A stretch of DNA of 64,000 nucleotides from Paracoccaceae bacterium. Lineage in GTDB: Bacteria; Pseudomonadota; Alphaproteobacteria; Rhodobacterales; Rhodobacteraceae. How positions within the stretch are numbered: the first letter of the stretch is position 1; each line of letters opens with the position of its first letter. Below the pieces are notes generated by a model. The model did not search any database, had not been told where the DNA came from, and saw only the letters and a program-made list of their open reading frames with translations. Location: assembly GCA_012103375.1 (NCBI GenBank), contig WLWX01000001.1, positions 2,210,492 to 2,274,491 on the forward strand, given 5' to 3'. Positions 16,744 to 25,474 of this stretch are shown in pieces. The position numbers and the translations under genes are program-made.

Positions 16744-17643
16744 GTGGCGAATGCAGTGATGAGGGGCATTGTCCCCAGCCTAAACACCGCGTTCCTGGGT
16801 GATGGCAGCGTCGATCTGACCTCAATGCGCCGATTGGTCCATCACACGGTTGCGGCAGGCTGTGGCGGCATGCTGGGTCTTGCGGTCGCGGGCGAGCATG
16901 CGACCCTGTCCATGGATGAGAAGTTGCAGATCATCGACGCTGTAAGCGACGCCAATGCGCAGCGCATCGCCTTCATCGTCAGTGTGACAGCGCCGGATAT
17001 GGCGGACAGCATCGCGTTGTCGCAGGCAGCCCGCACCGCTGGCGCCGATGGGATCTGCGTTCAGATGCCCGACGGGCTTGACCGCGCCGGGATGCTGGGC
17101 TTCCTGCGCGAACTGGCCCCTCACGGGCCGGACACCCTTATGGTGCAGGATCTGGACTGGGTGGGGGGCGGTCTGTCGGTGGAAGACATCGTCTTTCTGT
17201 TCGAAAACGTCGCGCAGTTTTCCTGGCTGAAGATTGAAACGGCGCAGGCCGGTGCCAAATACTCGGCCGTGCTGAAGGCGACGGGCGGGGCGCTGAACGT
17301 CTGTGGCGGCTGGGCGGTGACCCAATTGATGGATGCAATGGCCCGGGGCGTGCATGCCTTCATCCCGACCGGGTTGGAAAGCATCTATGTCGAGATTTTC
17401 GACCGCTACCACAGCGGAGACCCCGAAGCGGCGCGCCAATTGTTCGAGCGTGTCTTGCCGATCCTCAACTTCTCGAACCAGCATATCGGCACTTCGATCC
17501 GGTTCTTCAAACAGCTGCGTAAGGCTGAAGGTCTGTTTGAACACGACGTCTGCCGGTCAAAGGATGCCCGGTTTGATGCGGTTCAGGAGGTCGAGGGGCG
17601 CCATGCCCTTGGATTGGCGCTGGACCTGCTGCGCCGGACCTGA
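16744..17643 (+). CDS. dihydrodipicolinate synthase family protein (second copy, divergent)
   Basis: ORF track, 299 aa with a GTG start 1 nt after the upstream stop. IVPSLNTAFLGDGSVDL...GCGGMLGLAVAGEHATLS matches the family N-terminus. Confidence 0.7.
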   Translation: MANAVMRGIVPSLNTAFLGDGSVDLTSMRRLVHHTVAAGCGGMLGLAVAGEHATLSMDEKLQIIDAVSDANAQRIAFIVSVTAPDMADSIALSQAARTAGADGICVQMPDGLDRAGMLGFLRELAPHGPDTLMVQDLDWVGGGLSVEDIVFLFENVAQFSWLKIETAQAGAKYSAVLKATGGALNVCGGWAVTQLMDAMARGVHAFIPTGLESIYVEIFDRYHSGDPEAARQLFERVLPILNFSNQHIGTSIRFFKQLRKAEGLFEHDVCRSKDARFDAVQEVEGRHALGLALDLLRRT

Positions 17644-17685
17644 CCTGCGCAAGCCGGGCCTGCGTTCCGGGCCTGTGGCCATGCG

Positions 17686-18006
17686 GTGGCCGCATGGAAC
17701 CGGATCGGACCCCGAACTGGGGCAGAATTCGACAACAATGGCCCCGAGTTCATTGCCGAAGCGATGCAAGACTGGTTGAGAAGGGTCGGCATCAAGCCGA
17801 TCGGTATTTACCCGCGATCGTCATGGGAAAACGGATACAACGAGAGGTTCAATGGAACCCTGCGCCGGGAGGTTCTCAGTGCGGAGTGGTTCACTACAAC
17901 GAAGCAGGCCCAGATCGTCATCAATCACTGGCTCAGGCAGTACAATCACACGCGCCCTCACCAAGCGCTCAACATCCGACCTCCAATGCCAGAAACTCTT
18001 GTCTGA
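17686..18006 (+). pseudogene. C-terminal fragment of a DDE (rve integrase-core) transposase, IS3/IS481 superfamily
   Basis: ORF track, 106 aa: ...DNNGPEFIAEAMQDWLRRVGIKPIGIYPRSSWENGYNERFNGTLRREVL...WLRQYNHTRPHQALN. Only the last ~100 residues of such a protein are present, and there is no upstream catalytic region. Confidence 0.7.
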
Positions 18007-18084
18007 CGTCAGCGCCTACCGGACAGATTTAGGTGTTTGATCAACGGAGGATTTCTGGTTCATCGAAGCCATTATGGAGCGAAG

Positions 18085-18459
18085 ATGAAACAGAAATCCG
18101 GAACATCGAAAGACGCCGCTGACAAGTTGGTCAGGGGTATCAAGCGGAAGACCCGCAAACACTATTCAGCAGAAGAGAAGATCAGGGTCGTGCTGGCCGG
18201 CCTGCGCGGCGAGGAGAGCATTGCCGCATTGTGCCGCCGCGAGGGCATCGCTGAGAGCCTATACTATTCGTGGTCGAAGGAGTTCCTGGAAGCGGGAAAG
18301 AACCGCTTGGCGGGCGACACGGCACTCCAAGCGACGTCTCCCGAAGTCAAAGAGCTACGGTCGGAATCTGCCGCCCTGAAGGAGGTAGTCGCCGAACTGA
18401 CGCTGGAGAACCGCCTGCTCAAAAAAAGCATGCTCGGGGATGGGGAGGCCGACGCATGA
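18085..18459 (+). CDS. IS3-family transposase OrfA (HTH)
   Basis: ORF 18037-18459 trimmed to ATG 18085: MKQKSGTSKDAADKLVRGIKRKTRKHYSAEEKIRVVLAGLRGEESIAALCRREGIAESLYYSWSKEFLEAGKNRLAGDT, followed by a leucine-zipper-like tail. Confidence 0.8.
   Translation: MKQKSGTSKDAADKLVRGIKRKTRKHYSAEEKIRVVLAGLRGEESIAALCRREGIAESLYYSWSKEFLEAGKNRLAGDTALQATSPEVKELRSESAALKEVVAELTLENRLLKKSMLGDGEADA
18421..18427 (+). other. A7 run, candidate programmed -1 frameshift site of the IS3-family orfAB
   Basis: ctc aaa aaa agc in the orfA frame. The orfB frame is -1 and is open across this point (ORF 18270-19139). Confidence 0.55.
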
Positions 18460-19066
18460 GGTATCCCGCATCCGAGAAGTTTGAAATCATCCGCACGGTG
18501 GAGGCATCCCATCTGCCTACGCGTCAAACCCTGAAGATGCTCGGCATTCCCAGCAGCACCTATTACGACTGGTACGCGCGTTGGAGCGATGGCGGCCTCG
18601 ATGGCCTAGCCGATCGTTCTCCCAAACCTGCGTCGGTCTGGAACCGCATCCCGGACACGGTTCGCGACGATGTCGTCGACTTTGCCCTGGAGCACGAAGA
18701 CCTGACACCGCGCGAGTTGGCGGTCAAATACACCGATGAGAAGCGCTACTTTGTGTCTGAGTCGTCTGTCTATCGCATCCTCAGCGCGGAGGATCTGATC
18801 ACGGCACCAGCCCATGTGGTAATCCGGGCCGCGGATGAGTTCAGGGACAAGACAGTCCGACCGAACGAACTGTGGCAAACCGACTTCACCTATCTCAAGG
18901 TCATCGGCTGGGGCTGGTTCTATCTCAGCACCATCCTTGACGATTACAGCCGGTACATCATCGCCTGGAAGCTCTGCACGACGATGAAGGCCCAGGATGT
19001 CACCGACACGCTGGAGCTGGCGTTGGAAGCCTCAGGCTGCGACAACGCTACGGTCGTGCACAAGCC
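18456..19066 (+). pseudogene. IS3-family transposase OrfB, truncated
   Basis: MRYPASEKFEIIRTVEASHLPTRQTLKMLGIPSSTYYDWY...ELWQTDFTYLKVIGWGWFYLSTILDDYSRYIIAWKL... It ends abruptly at about 19060-19070, where the reading frame fuses to unrelated sequence. Confidence 0.75.
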
Positions 19067-19437
19067 AAGCTCGGCACGCTCGACAAGCAGATCGAGGGCG
19101 TGCTGGAGCGGGTTCTCGGGGCCACCAATGCCACCGTGATCGGAACCTATGAGAAAAAGATCGGCGACCTCGAAAAGGAAAAGGCACGCCTTGGCGATAT
19201 GCTCGACCAACAAGGCGAACCCGGCGGCAGCTTCGAGGAAAAACTAGAACCCGTGCTCGCATTCCTCGCAAACCCCTGGAAACTCTGGGAAACAGGGCAA
19301 ACTAACCTGCGTAGACTGGTCCTGAAACTGACCTTTCCGGGGCGTATTCACTACTGCCGAAATAAGGGTGCTAGAACCCCGGAAATAGCGTTACCGTTCA
19401 AACTGTTAGAAGGGTTTCCAGACCAACGAGTCTGGTT
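19061..19437 (+). pseudogene. 3' fragment of a large serine recombinase (integrative-element recombinase)
   Basis: The frame of ORF 19100-19600 extended upstream reads ...QAKLGTLDKQIEGVLERVLGATNATVIGTYEKKIGDLEKEKARLGDML...LAFLANPWKLWETGQTNLRRLVLKLTFPGRIHYCRNKGARTPEIALPFKLLEG. This coiled-coil plus NPW.LW...R.VLKL.F...RT..L.LPFK tail matches my recollection of large serine recombinases. The frame runs on, antisense, into tRNA-Leu, so the true stop is unclear. Confidence 0.6.
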
Positions 19438-19523
19438 TGGTGCGGGCGGTGGGACTCGAACCCACACGGGGTTACCCCCTTCAGATTTTAAGTCTGATAT
19501 GTCTACCATTCCATCACGCCCGC
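19438..19523 (-). tRNA. tRNA-Leu (anticodon TAA), CCA encoded
   Basis: Reverse complement GCGGGCG-TG-ATGGAATGGTAGACAT-A-TCAGA-CTTAAAA-TCTGA, a long variable arm AGGGGGTAACCCCGT, GTGGG-TTCGAGT-CCCAC, CGCCCGC-A-CCA. Length 86 nt. Confidence 0.9.
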
Positions 19524-19589
19524 ACGGCGGCAGATGCATGATTAGTGCAAGATGTTCGGATGGGAAACCACAGAGGTGCGGATTTGGCC

Positions 19590-19807
19590 GATTGTGTTGA
19601 AAAACTCCGTTTTAGGGCCTGAACGATGATTTTTCTTTCCATGCAGCCCGATCCTAAATTTTTGGCGCGGGGGTCGGCCCAAATCGCCTACATGCGCTCA
19701 CGCGCAGCCATGCGCTGTCTCGTGGTCAAAGCTTTCCGACTATTTCGCTTCATAGGTTTTCGCAAGAAATCCGCGACGCTCTGATTTCGGAGTTTTTCAA
19801 CACAATC
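19590..19807 (+). mobile_element. MITE-like element, copy 3 (218 bp)
   Basis: Perfect 20-bp TIRs. Flanked by GGCC/GGCC. Intergenic, 66 nt from the 5' end of tRNA-Leu. Confidence 0.85.
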
Positions 19808-19952
19808 GGCCCGATGCAGACGTTGGCAGCGCGCATTCTTGCGTGCACAAGAAGGCCGAAGCTGCGGCCCCCCCTTTCAGTTCGGCGGGCGCACGGCTGC
19901 TGAGGGTGCGCAGGGTCGGTTTTCGCTGCAGGCCGAAGCCCTTGCCGTTCGA

Positions 19953-20786
19953 TCAGGTGCCTTCGCCGACAAACGCCTTTTCGACCACGTATTCCGCCGG
20001 GTCGCTGTTGGCGCCTTCGCGCAGGCCGAACCCTTCTAGGATCTCTTTCAGCTCGGTGTTCAGCGCCATTGATCCGCATACCATGGCGCGGTCGGTTTCG
20101 CGGCTGATTTGCGGCAGGCCCAGATCGGCGAAGATTTCGCCAGAGCGGAGCCTGTCGGTGACGCGGCCCATGACCGGGCTTTGTTCGCGGGTGGTTGTCG
20201 GATAATACGTCAGCTTGTCACCGACAAATTCGCCGATCAGCGGGTCATCGGCCAGACCCTCGACCAGTTGCTTGCCGTATTCCAGCTCGGCCACCTCGCG
20301 GCAAGTGTGGCACAGGATGACGCGCTCATAATTCTCATAGGTCTCGGGTTCGCGCACCAGGCTGGCGAAGGGTGCGATTCCGGTGCCGGTGGCGAAGAAC
20401 CACAGCGTCTTGCCCGGCAGCAAGGCATCGTGCACCAGCGTACCGACGGGCTTGGGGCGCAGGATAATTTGATCGCCCACCTCGATATGCTGCAACCGGC
20501 TGGTCAGCGGTCCATCGGGCACCTTGATCGAGTAGAACTCCAACTCATCATCCCAACTGGGCGAGGCGATGGAATAGGCCCTGAGCAGCGGCCGGCCGTT
20601 ATCGCCCATAAGGCCGATCATCACGAACTCACCCGAGCGGAAGCGCAAGGATTGCGGGCGCGTCACCCGGAACGAGAACAGCCGGTCCGTCCAGTGACGC
20701 ACCTGCGTCACGGTCTGGGCGTCGGGCAATACGGGGGCGGCCACAGGCTGGGCAGCGGAATCATTCACGGGCGTCTGGTCCGTCAT
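19953..20786 (-). CDS. fpr: ferredoxin--NADP(+) reductase
   Basis: ORF track, 277 aa. RAYSIASP FAD-binding motif and a ...FFATGTGIAPF... NADP-binding region. Confidence 0.85.
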   Translation of the reverse strand: MTDQTPVNDSAAQPVAAPVLPDAQTVTQVRHWTDRLFSFRVTRPQSLRFRSGEFVMIGLMGDNGRPLLRAYSIASPSWDDELEFYSIKVPDGPLTSRLQHIEVGDQIILRPKPVGTLVHDALLPGKTLWFFATGTGIAPFASLVREPETYENYERVILCHTCREVAELEYGKQLVEGLADDPLIGEFVGDKLTYYPTTTREQSPVMGRVTDRLRSGEIFADLGLPQISRETDRAMVCGSMALNTELKEILEGFGLREGANSDPAEYVVEKAFVGEGT

Positions 20787-20815
20787 TGTTCAGGTCTTTC
20801 CGGGTTCTAGGGCAG

Positions 20816-21253
20816 TCAGGCGCTGACCGAAAGGGCAGCAAGGCGTGATTGATAATCGCGGGCGGGTCCTGCGGGTGCGGGCGCGCGGGCGATCCACTGG
20901 GCTTCAGGCTGGCGGGACAGGATCTGTGGCGTCGGTTCGACTTCATCAAATCCAGACTTGCGGGCCAGGGGGTATTGATCGGCGATCAGCGGCCCGGCGG
21001 CGCGCAGGCGCACTTGAAAACCAAGGCGGCGCAATTGCCGCGCCAGCGTAAAGCCGCGCCCGTCCGCAAAACCGGAAAACCAGATGCGGATGAACCTTGC
21101 ATCCATATTGTCCTTCAACGCCGCAGCGTCACTGTCGCCCGGGACGTCCAGCGCGATCGAGGCTGGATGCGCTTCGTCCAGCGGGACAACAGGACCGTGG
21201 AAATCATCCACGTGGAAGCCATCGTCACGAACGATGGTGGCAGGGTGTGTCAT
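20816..21253 (-). CDS. DUF934 domain protein
   Basis: ORF track, 145 aa. ...FADGRGFTLARQLRRLGFQVRLRAAGPLIADQYPLARKSGFDEV matches my recollection of DUF934. It lies between cysH and fpr. Confidence 0.7.
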   Translation of the reverse strand: MTHPATIVRDDGFHVDDFHGPVVPLDEAHPASIALDVPGDSDAAALKDNMDARFIRIWFSGFADGRGFTLARQLRRLGFQVRLRAAGPLIADQYPLARKSGFDEVEPTPQILSRQPEAQWIARAPAPAGPARDYQSRLAALSVSA

Positions 21254-21273
21254 GGTATCAGCTCCGGAGTTAC

Positions 21274-22011
21274 TCAGGCCGCGCCGGGACGGATCGCCCC
21301 GTCAGCGTCAAAATGTATGCCGCATTCGGTTTTCGCCTTGCCGCGCCAACGGCCTGCGCGCGCGTCTTCATGGTCGCGCACCCGCGTGGTGCAGGGGTCG
21401 CAGCCGATGGATTTGAAACCCTTGTCGACCAGCGGATGTTTCGGCAGCCCGTTGCGGCGCATGTAGGTGGTGATTTCGGCAGGGCTCCACGCCGTTAGCG
21501 GGTTGATCTTCAGGCGGTTGCCGTCAGCTTCGTAAACCGGCAGATCGACGCGCCTGCCGCCGTGGATACGTTTGCGTCCGGTGATCCAGGCTTCGAACGG
21601 TTCCAGCGCACGGGCCAGCGGGCGGGTTTTGCGCAGGTCGCAGCAGGCATCAGGATTATTGCGATGAAGCTGTGCGTCCGGGTCGTTCAAAAACAGCTCT
21701 TCCCGATCCGGTTCGATCACGCGCAAATCAGTCAGGCGCAGCTTTGCGGCGACGCTGCGCTGATAGTCGCGGGTTTCGCGGAACAGGAACCCGGTGTTGA
21801 GGAAGATCACCGGCGTGGTGCGGTCGATCCGTGCCACCATATGCAGCAGGACGATGGATTCGGCCCCGAATGAGCTGACCAGCGCGGTGGTACCGATCTC
21901 GGCTGAATCGAGCGCATAGGCCAGCACGTCTTCCGCCGTATCCGCGCCCCAGCGGGCGGTCAGATCGGCGGCGCGTTCCCTGATCGGAAGCGGCGTGTAT
22001 TCAAGCGGCAT
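21274..22011 (-). CDS. cysH: phosphoadenylyl-/adenylyl-sulfate reductase (thioredoxin-dependent)
   Basis: ORF 21274-22059 trimmed to ATG 22011 (MPLEYTPLP...). The ECGIH motif plus CC...CxxC cysteines (ACCDLRK, SIGCDPCT) suggest the Fe-S APS-reductase type. Confidence 0.85.
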   Translation of the reverse strand: MPLEYTPLPIRERAADLTARWGADTAEDVLAYALDSAEIGTTALVSSFGAESIVLLHMVARIDRTTPVIFLNTGFLFRETRDYQRSVAAKLRLTDLRVIEPDREELFLNDPDAQLHRNNPDACCDLRKTRPLARALEPFEAWITGRKRIHGGRRVDLPVYEADGNRLKINPLTAWSPAEITTYMRRNGLPKHPLVDKGFKSIGCDPCTTRVRDHEDARAGRWRGKAKTECGIHFDADGAIRPGAA

Positions 22012-23665
22012 TGGCTTTCTCCTCTGGATAAAGCGCGGCTTTGAAGGGCGCGTGGCCAAGACGGGTCAACACTTGCAGGAAGGTTTCATCGTCGCTGGCG
22101 CGCAGGTCGAGGTAGGCGAAGATCAGGCGTTCGATGGCTGGCACGATCTGGTCGCCGGGAAAGCCGGGGCCAGATCGGGTGCCAATCGCGGCGGTTTCGG
22201 TGTGATCGCCGCCCAGCGTGATCTGGTAGTTCTCGACGCCCGCACGATCCAACCCCAGAATGCCGATATGCCCGACATGATGATGCCCGCAGGCGTTGAT
22301 GCAGCCAGAGATCTTGATCTTCAGCGGGCCAACCTCGTGCTCGATCTTCAGCACCTCGATCCGCTCGGCAATTTCCTGTGCGACAGGGATCGAGCGCGCG
22401 GTGGCCAGCGCGCAGTAATCCATGCCGGGGCAGGCGATGATGTCGCTGGCCAACCCGATGTTCGCCGTCGCCAGCCCGGCCAGCGCGAGGGCAGCATGGA
22501 GCGCGGGCAGGTCGTTTCTGTGAACATGGGGCAGGATGACGTTTTGTTCGTGGCTGATCCGTAATTCACCGAAAGAATAGGCTTCAGCCGCATCTGCCAG
22601 CGCACGCATCTGCGCGGCAGTGGCATCGCCGGGAACGCCGCCGTGGGGTTTCAGACTGACGGTGGCGATCATATGATCGGCCTGTTTGTGGTCGGTCAGG
22701 TTGGTGTCGCACCACGACCGGAACACCGGGTCCGAGGCATAGAAGGCAGCAAAACCATCCGTCGGGGCGGATTTGTAATCGGGCGCGGCGAAGTGGCGTT
22801 TGATCTGGGCTAGGATCGCCCGATCTGCGCCCTGCCATTCGGCGCGCAACTGGGCAAAACGTGCCTCGATCTGGGCGGTCAGGGCATCGGCCCCCGTCTC
22901 GCGCAGCAGGATCTTGATGCGGGCCTTGTATTTATTGTCGCGCCGTCCGTGCTGGTTGTAGACGGACAGGATCGCCTCGACATAGGGCAGCAATTCGGCT
23001 TCGGGCAGGAAGGGTTTGATGACCGTGCCGATGACCGGCGTGCGGCCAAGGCCGCCGCCGACGATAACCTCGAAGCCAGACTCGCCATCCTGCTCGACCA
23101 TCCTGAGGCCGATGTCATGGGCGCGGGTGACGGCGCGGTCGTTGGGCGACCCGGTCACGGCGATCTTGAACTTGCGCGGCAGGAACTGGAATTCCGGATG
23201 GTCTGTGGACCACTGGCGCAACAACTCGGCATAGGGGCGCGGGTCGGCGATTTCATCTGCTGCGGCCCCGGCGAAATGATCCGCAGTGACGTTCCTGACG
23301 GTGTTGCCGCTGGTCTGGATCGCGTGCATTTCGACGTCTGCCAGGGCTTGCAGCATGTCCGGCACATCAGCCAGCTTGGGCCAGTTGAACTGAATGTTCT
23401 GGCGGGTGGTGAAATGGCCATAGCCGCGATCCCATTTTTCCGAGATCGTCGCTAGCGCGCGCATCTGGGTGCTGTTCAGCGTGCCATAAGGGATCGCCAC
23501 CCGCAGCATGTAGGCGTGCAGTTGCAAGTAAAGACCGTTCATCAGGCGGAACGGCTTGAACTCATCCTCGGTGATCGAACCATCCAGTCGGCGCGCGACC
23601 TGGGTGCGGAATGTCTGGACCCGGTCGGCGACGGCGGTTTTGTCGAAGTCGTTGTAATGATACAT
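22001..23665 (-). CDS. cysI: sulfite reductase hemoprotein (nitrite/sulfite reductase family)
   Basis: ORF track, 554 aa. Siroheme/4Fe-4S cysteines ...ACPGMDYCALA... and ...SGCINACGHHHVGHIGILG... Confidence 0.85.
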   Translation of the reverse strand: MYHYNDFDKTAVADRVQTFRTQVARRLDGSITEDEFKPFRLMNGLYLQLHAYMLRVAIPYGTLNSTQMRALATISEKWDRGYGHFTTRQNIQFNWPKLADVPDMLQALADVEMHAIQTSGNTVRNVTADHFAGAAADEIADPRPYAELLRQWSTDHPEFQFLPRKFKIAVTGSPNDRAVTRAHDIGLRMVEQDGESGFEVIVGGGLGRTPVIGTVIKPFLPEAELLPYVEAILSVYNQHGRRDNKYKARIKILLRETGADALTAQIEARFAQLRAEWQGADRAILAQIKRHFAAPDYKSAPTDGFAAFYASDPVFRSWCDTNLTDHKQADHMIATVSLKPHGGVPGDATAAQMRALADAAEAYSFGELRISHEQNVILPHVHRNDLPALHAALALAGLATANIGLASDIIACPGMDYCALATARSIPVAQEIAERIEVLKIEHEVGPLKIKISGCINACGHHHVGHIGILGLDRAGVENYQITLGGDHTETAAIGTRSGPGFPGDQIVPAIERLIFAYLDLRASDDETFLQVLTRLGHAPFKAALYPEEKANAA

Positions 23666-23676
23666 GAGTTTCCTCC

Positions 23677-23961
23677 TCAGACGCCGTAGGGCACGGTCGG
23701 ACCCGTGGCGCGGATGCGTTCACGGATGTGGCTTGCGGCGGGTCCGGTGGGGGTGGGTTCTGCGTCGGCCAGATAGGCGCCGACGATGGCGTCAGGCTGA
23801 CTTTCGGCGAACAGCAGGCGCAGTTGACCATGGGCTTCGTCCTCGATCAACTCGGCCTCGGCAATGTCGCGGGTCCAGCGGTCATCCTCGGTCAGCCAGA
23901 TCGGGTCGCCCTCGATCAGGGCATTGGCGGTGATGACTTTCGCGGTGTAGGGGCGTGGCAT
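23677..23961 (-). CDS. DUF2849 domain protein
   Basis: ORF track, 94 aa. KVITANALIEGDPIWLTEDDRW fits my recollection of DUF2849. Its start shares one base with the cysG stop (TGATG). Confidence 0.65.
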   Translation of the reverse strand: MPRPYTAKVITANALIEGDPIWLTEDDRWTRDIAEAELIEDEAHGQLRLLFAESQPDAIVGAYLADAEPTPTGPAASHIRERIRATGPTVPYGV

Positions 23962-25337
23962 CAGGCGGTCCTCTGATTTGCGGTTTCCAAGCGCCGGGCA
24001 AGGCCCAGCATGATGACGGCGGGGCCGGTCAGATTGGCGGCGTTCAGGGTGCCGGGCAGGGCGGCCAATGTGGTCGAGATGACCCGTTCGTCGGGACGAG
24101 AGGCGTTTTCCACAATCCCCACGGGCGTTGCCGGGTCCGCGCCGTGCATCAGCAAACGCCCCTGCACAAACCGTGCGGCGCGCTTGCCCATATAGATCGC
24201 GGCAACCTCACCGGGGCGGGCCAGCGCGCGCCAGTCCTGTTCGGCGTAGCCCTTGGTGTCATGCGCGGTGATCAGTCGGGCGGCAGAGTTACGCCCCCGT
24301 TGCGTCAGGCTTTGACCCATGGTCGCGGCAGCGGCCGAGGCGGCGGTAAGGCCGGAAATGATCGAGAAGGCGATGCCTGCGGCGGTCAGCGCTTCGATTT
24401 CTTCATCCAGACGTCCGAAAACGGCGGGGTCACCGGACTTCAGGCGCACGACCTCCAAGCCTTTCGCGGCGTTTTCCACCATCGCGGCGTTGATGTCGCC
24501 CTGCGGGGTGGATTTGCCAAATCCGGTCTTGCCGACGGCGATCAGGGTCGCCTCACGCCGGGCAAGCTCCAGTATTTCGGGCGCGACAAGCCCGTCGTGG
24601 ATCACCACATCGGCGCGGTCCAGCGCTGTGCGGGCCTTCAGCGTCAGCAGTTCGGGGTCACCGGGGCCTGCGCCGACAAAGATCACGTGGCCGTCGCGGG
24701 CTTCGGTGTTCAGATGCGCGTTCAACAACTCCGGCAGCGCGTCCGCGGCGGCGACCTCACCCTGTTCCAGCGCCCTTGGCCCGGTGCGGAAAAAATAGTC
24801 TGCCCAGAAATCGCGGCGCGCCCGACCAAACGGAAGCGCCATCGCGGCCTGGCGGAACGCCTGCCCGATCTGCGTCAGACGGCCCAGTGAGGGCGGCAGG
24901 CGTTCTTCCAGATCGGCCTTGATCGCCCGGGCCAGAACCGGGGCCGCACCTTCGGTCCCGATGGCGACGGTCACCGGGTCACGATCCACGATTGCGGGGG
25001 TGATGAACTGACTGTCCGCCAGGTTGTCCACCATGTTGACCAGCGCGCCTTCGGCCCGGGCAATCGCGGCAGTGCGGGCATCTTCGCCATCATCCTCACT
25101 GGCGGCATAGAACAGCGCGGCTCCGATGACGTCGCCAGCGACCAGTGCGCGCCTGGTCAGCACCAGACGCCCTTCGGCGGCCCACTGCGTGATCTGCGGG
25201 TCGGGTGATTTGGCGAAAACCTCGATCTGCGCTTCGGTTTTCAGCAGCAGGCGCAGCTTGGCCAGCGCGGCCTCGGAACCGCCGGCCAGCACGATGCGCT
25301 GGCCCGCGACGTTCAGGAAGATCGGAAAATGCTTCAT
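23961..25337 (-). CDS. cysG: siroheme synthase (precorrin-2 dehydrogenase/ferrochelatase plus uroporphyrinogen-III C-methyltransferase)
   Basis: ORF track, 458 aa. N-terminal FPIFLNVAGQRIVLAGGSEAA Rossmann-type motif and the C-terminal methyltransferase motif VIFVGAGPGDPELLTLKA. Confidence 0.85.
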   Translation of the reverse strand: MKHFPIFLNVAGQRIVLAGGSEAALAKLRLLLKTEAQIEVFAKSPDPQITQWAAEGRLVLTRRALVAGDVIGAALFYAASEDDGEDARTAAIARAEGALVNMVDNLADSQFITPAIVDRDPVTVAIGTEGAAPVLARAIKADLEERLPPSLGRLTQIGQAFRQAAMALPFGRARRDFWADYFFRTGPRALEQGEVAAADALPELLNAHLNTEARDGHVIFVGAGPGDPELLTLKARTALDRADVVIHDGLVAPEILELARREATLIAVGKTGFGKSTPQGDINAAMVENAAKGLEVVRLKSGDPAVFGRLDEEIEALTAAGIAFSIISGLTAASAAAATMGQSLTQRGRNSAARLITAHDTKGYAEQDWRALARPGEVAAIYMGKRAARFVQGRLLMHGADPATPVGIVENASRPDERVISTTLAALPGTLNAANLTGPAVIMLGLARRLETANQRTA

Positions 25338-25474
25338 GGCGCGGCCTTTCGATTTCTTCCCTCCAATCTAGGATATTGTTCCGTTTTTACGCTAGTAGCG
25401 CTTGCGAATAAGAACAATTGTTCTATAAATGCGGTCAGAAGAACTGTTTTCACCGGAAAAGAGGGTTTGGCAGA

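Larger units (their letters stand above)
18038..19066 (+). mobile_element. IS3-family insertion sequence, 3'-truncated (left end approximate)
   Basis: orfA plus orfB in the -1 frame, with an A7 run in the overlap. orfB breaks off after ...GCDNATVVHKP, before the DDE core is complete. No right end is present. Confidence 0.7.

Noticed and set aside
19100-19600. 166-aa ORF in the track treated as an intact gene
   Set aside because: Its first part is the tail of a truncated serine-recombinase gene. Its last third is simply the antisense translation of tRNA-Leu and the flanking spacer.
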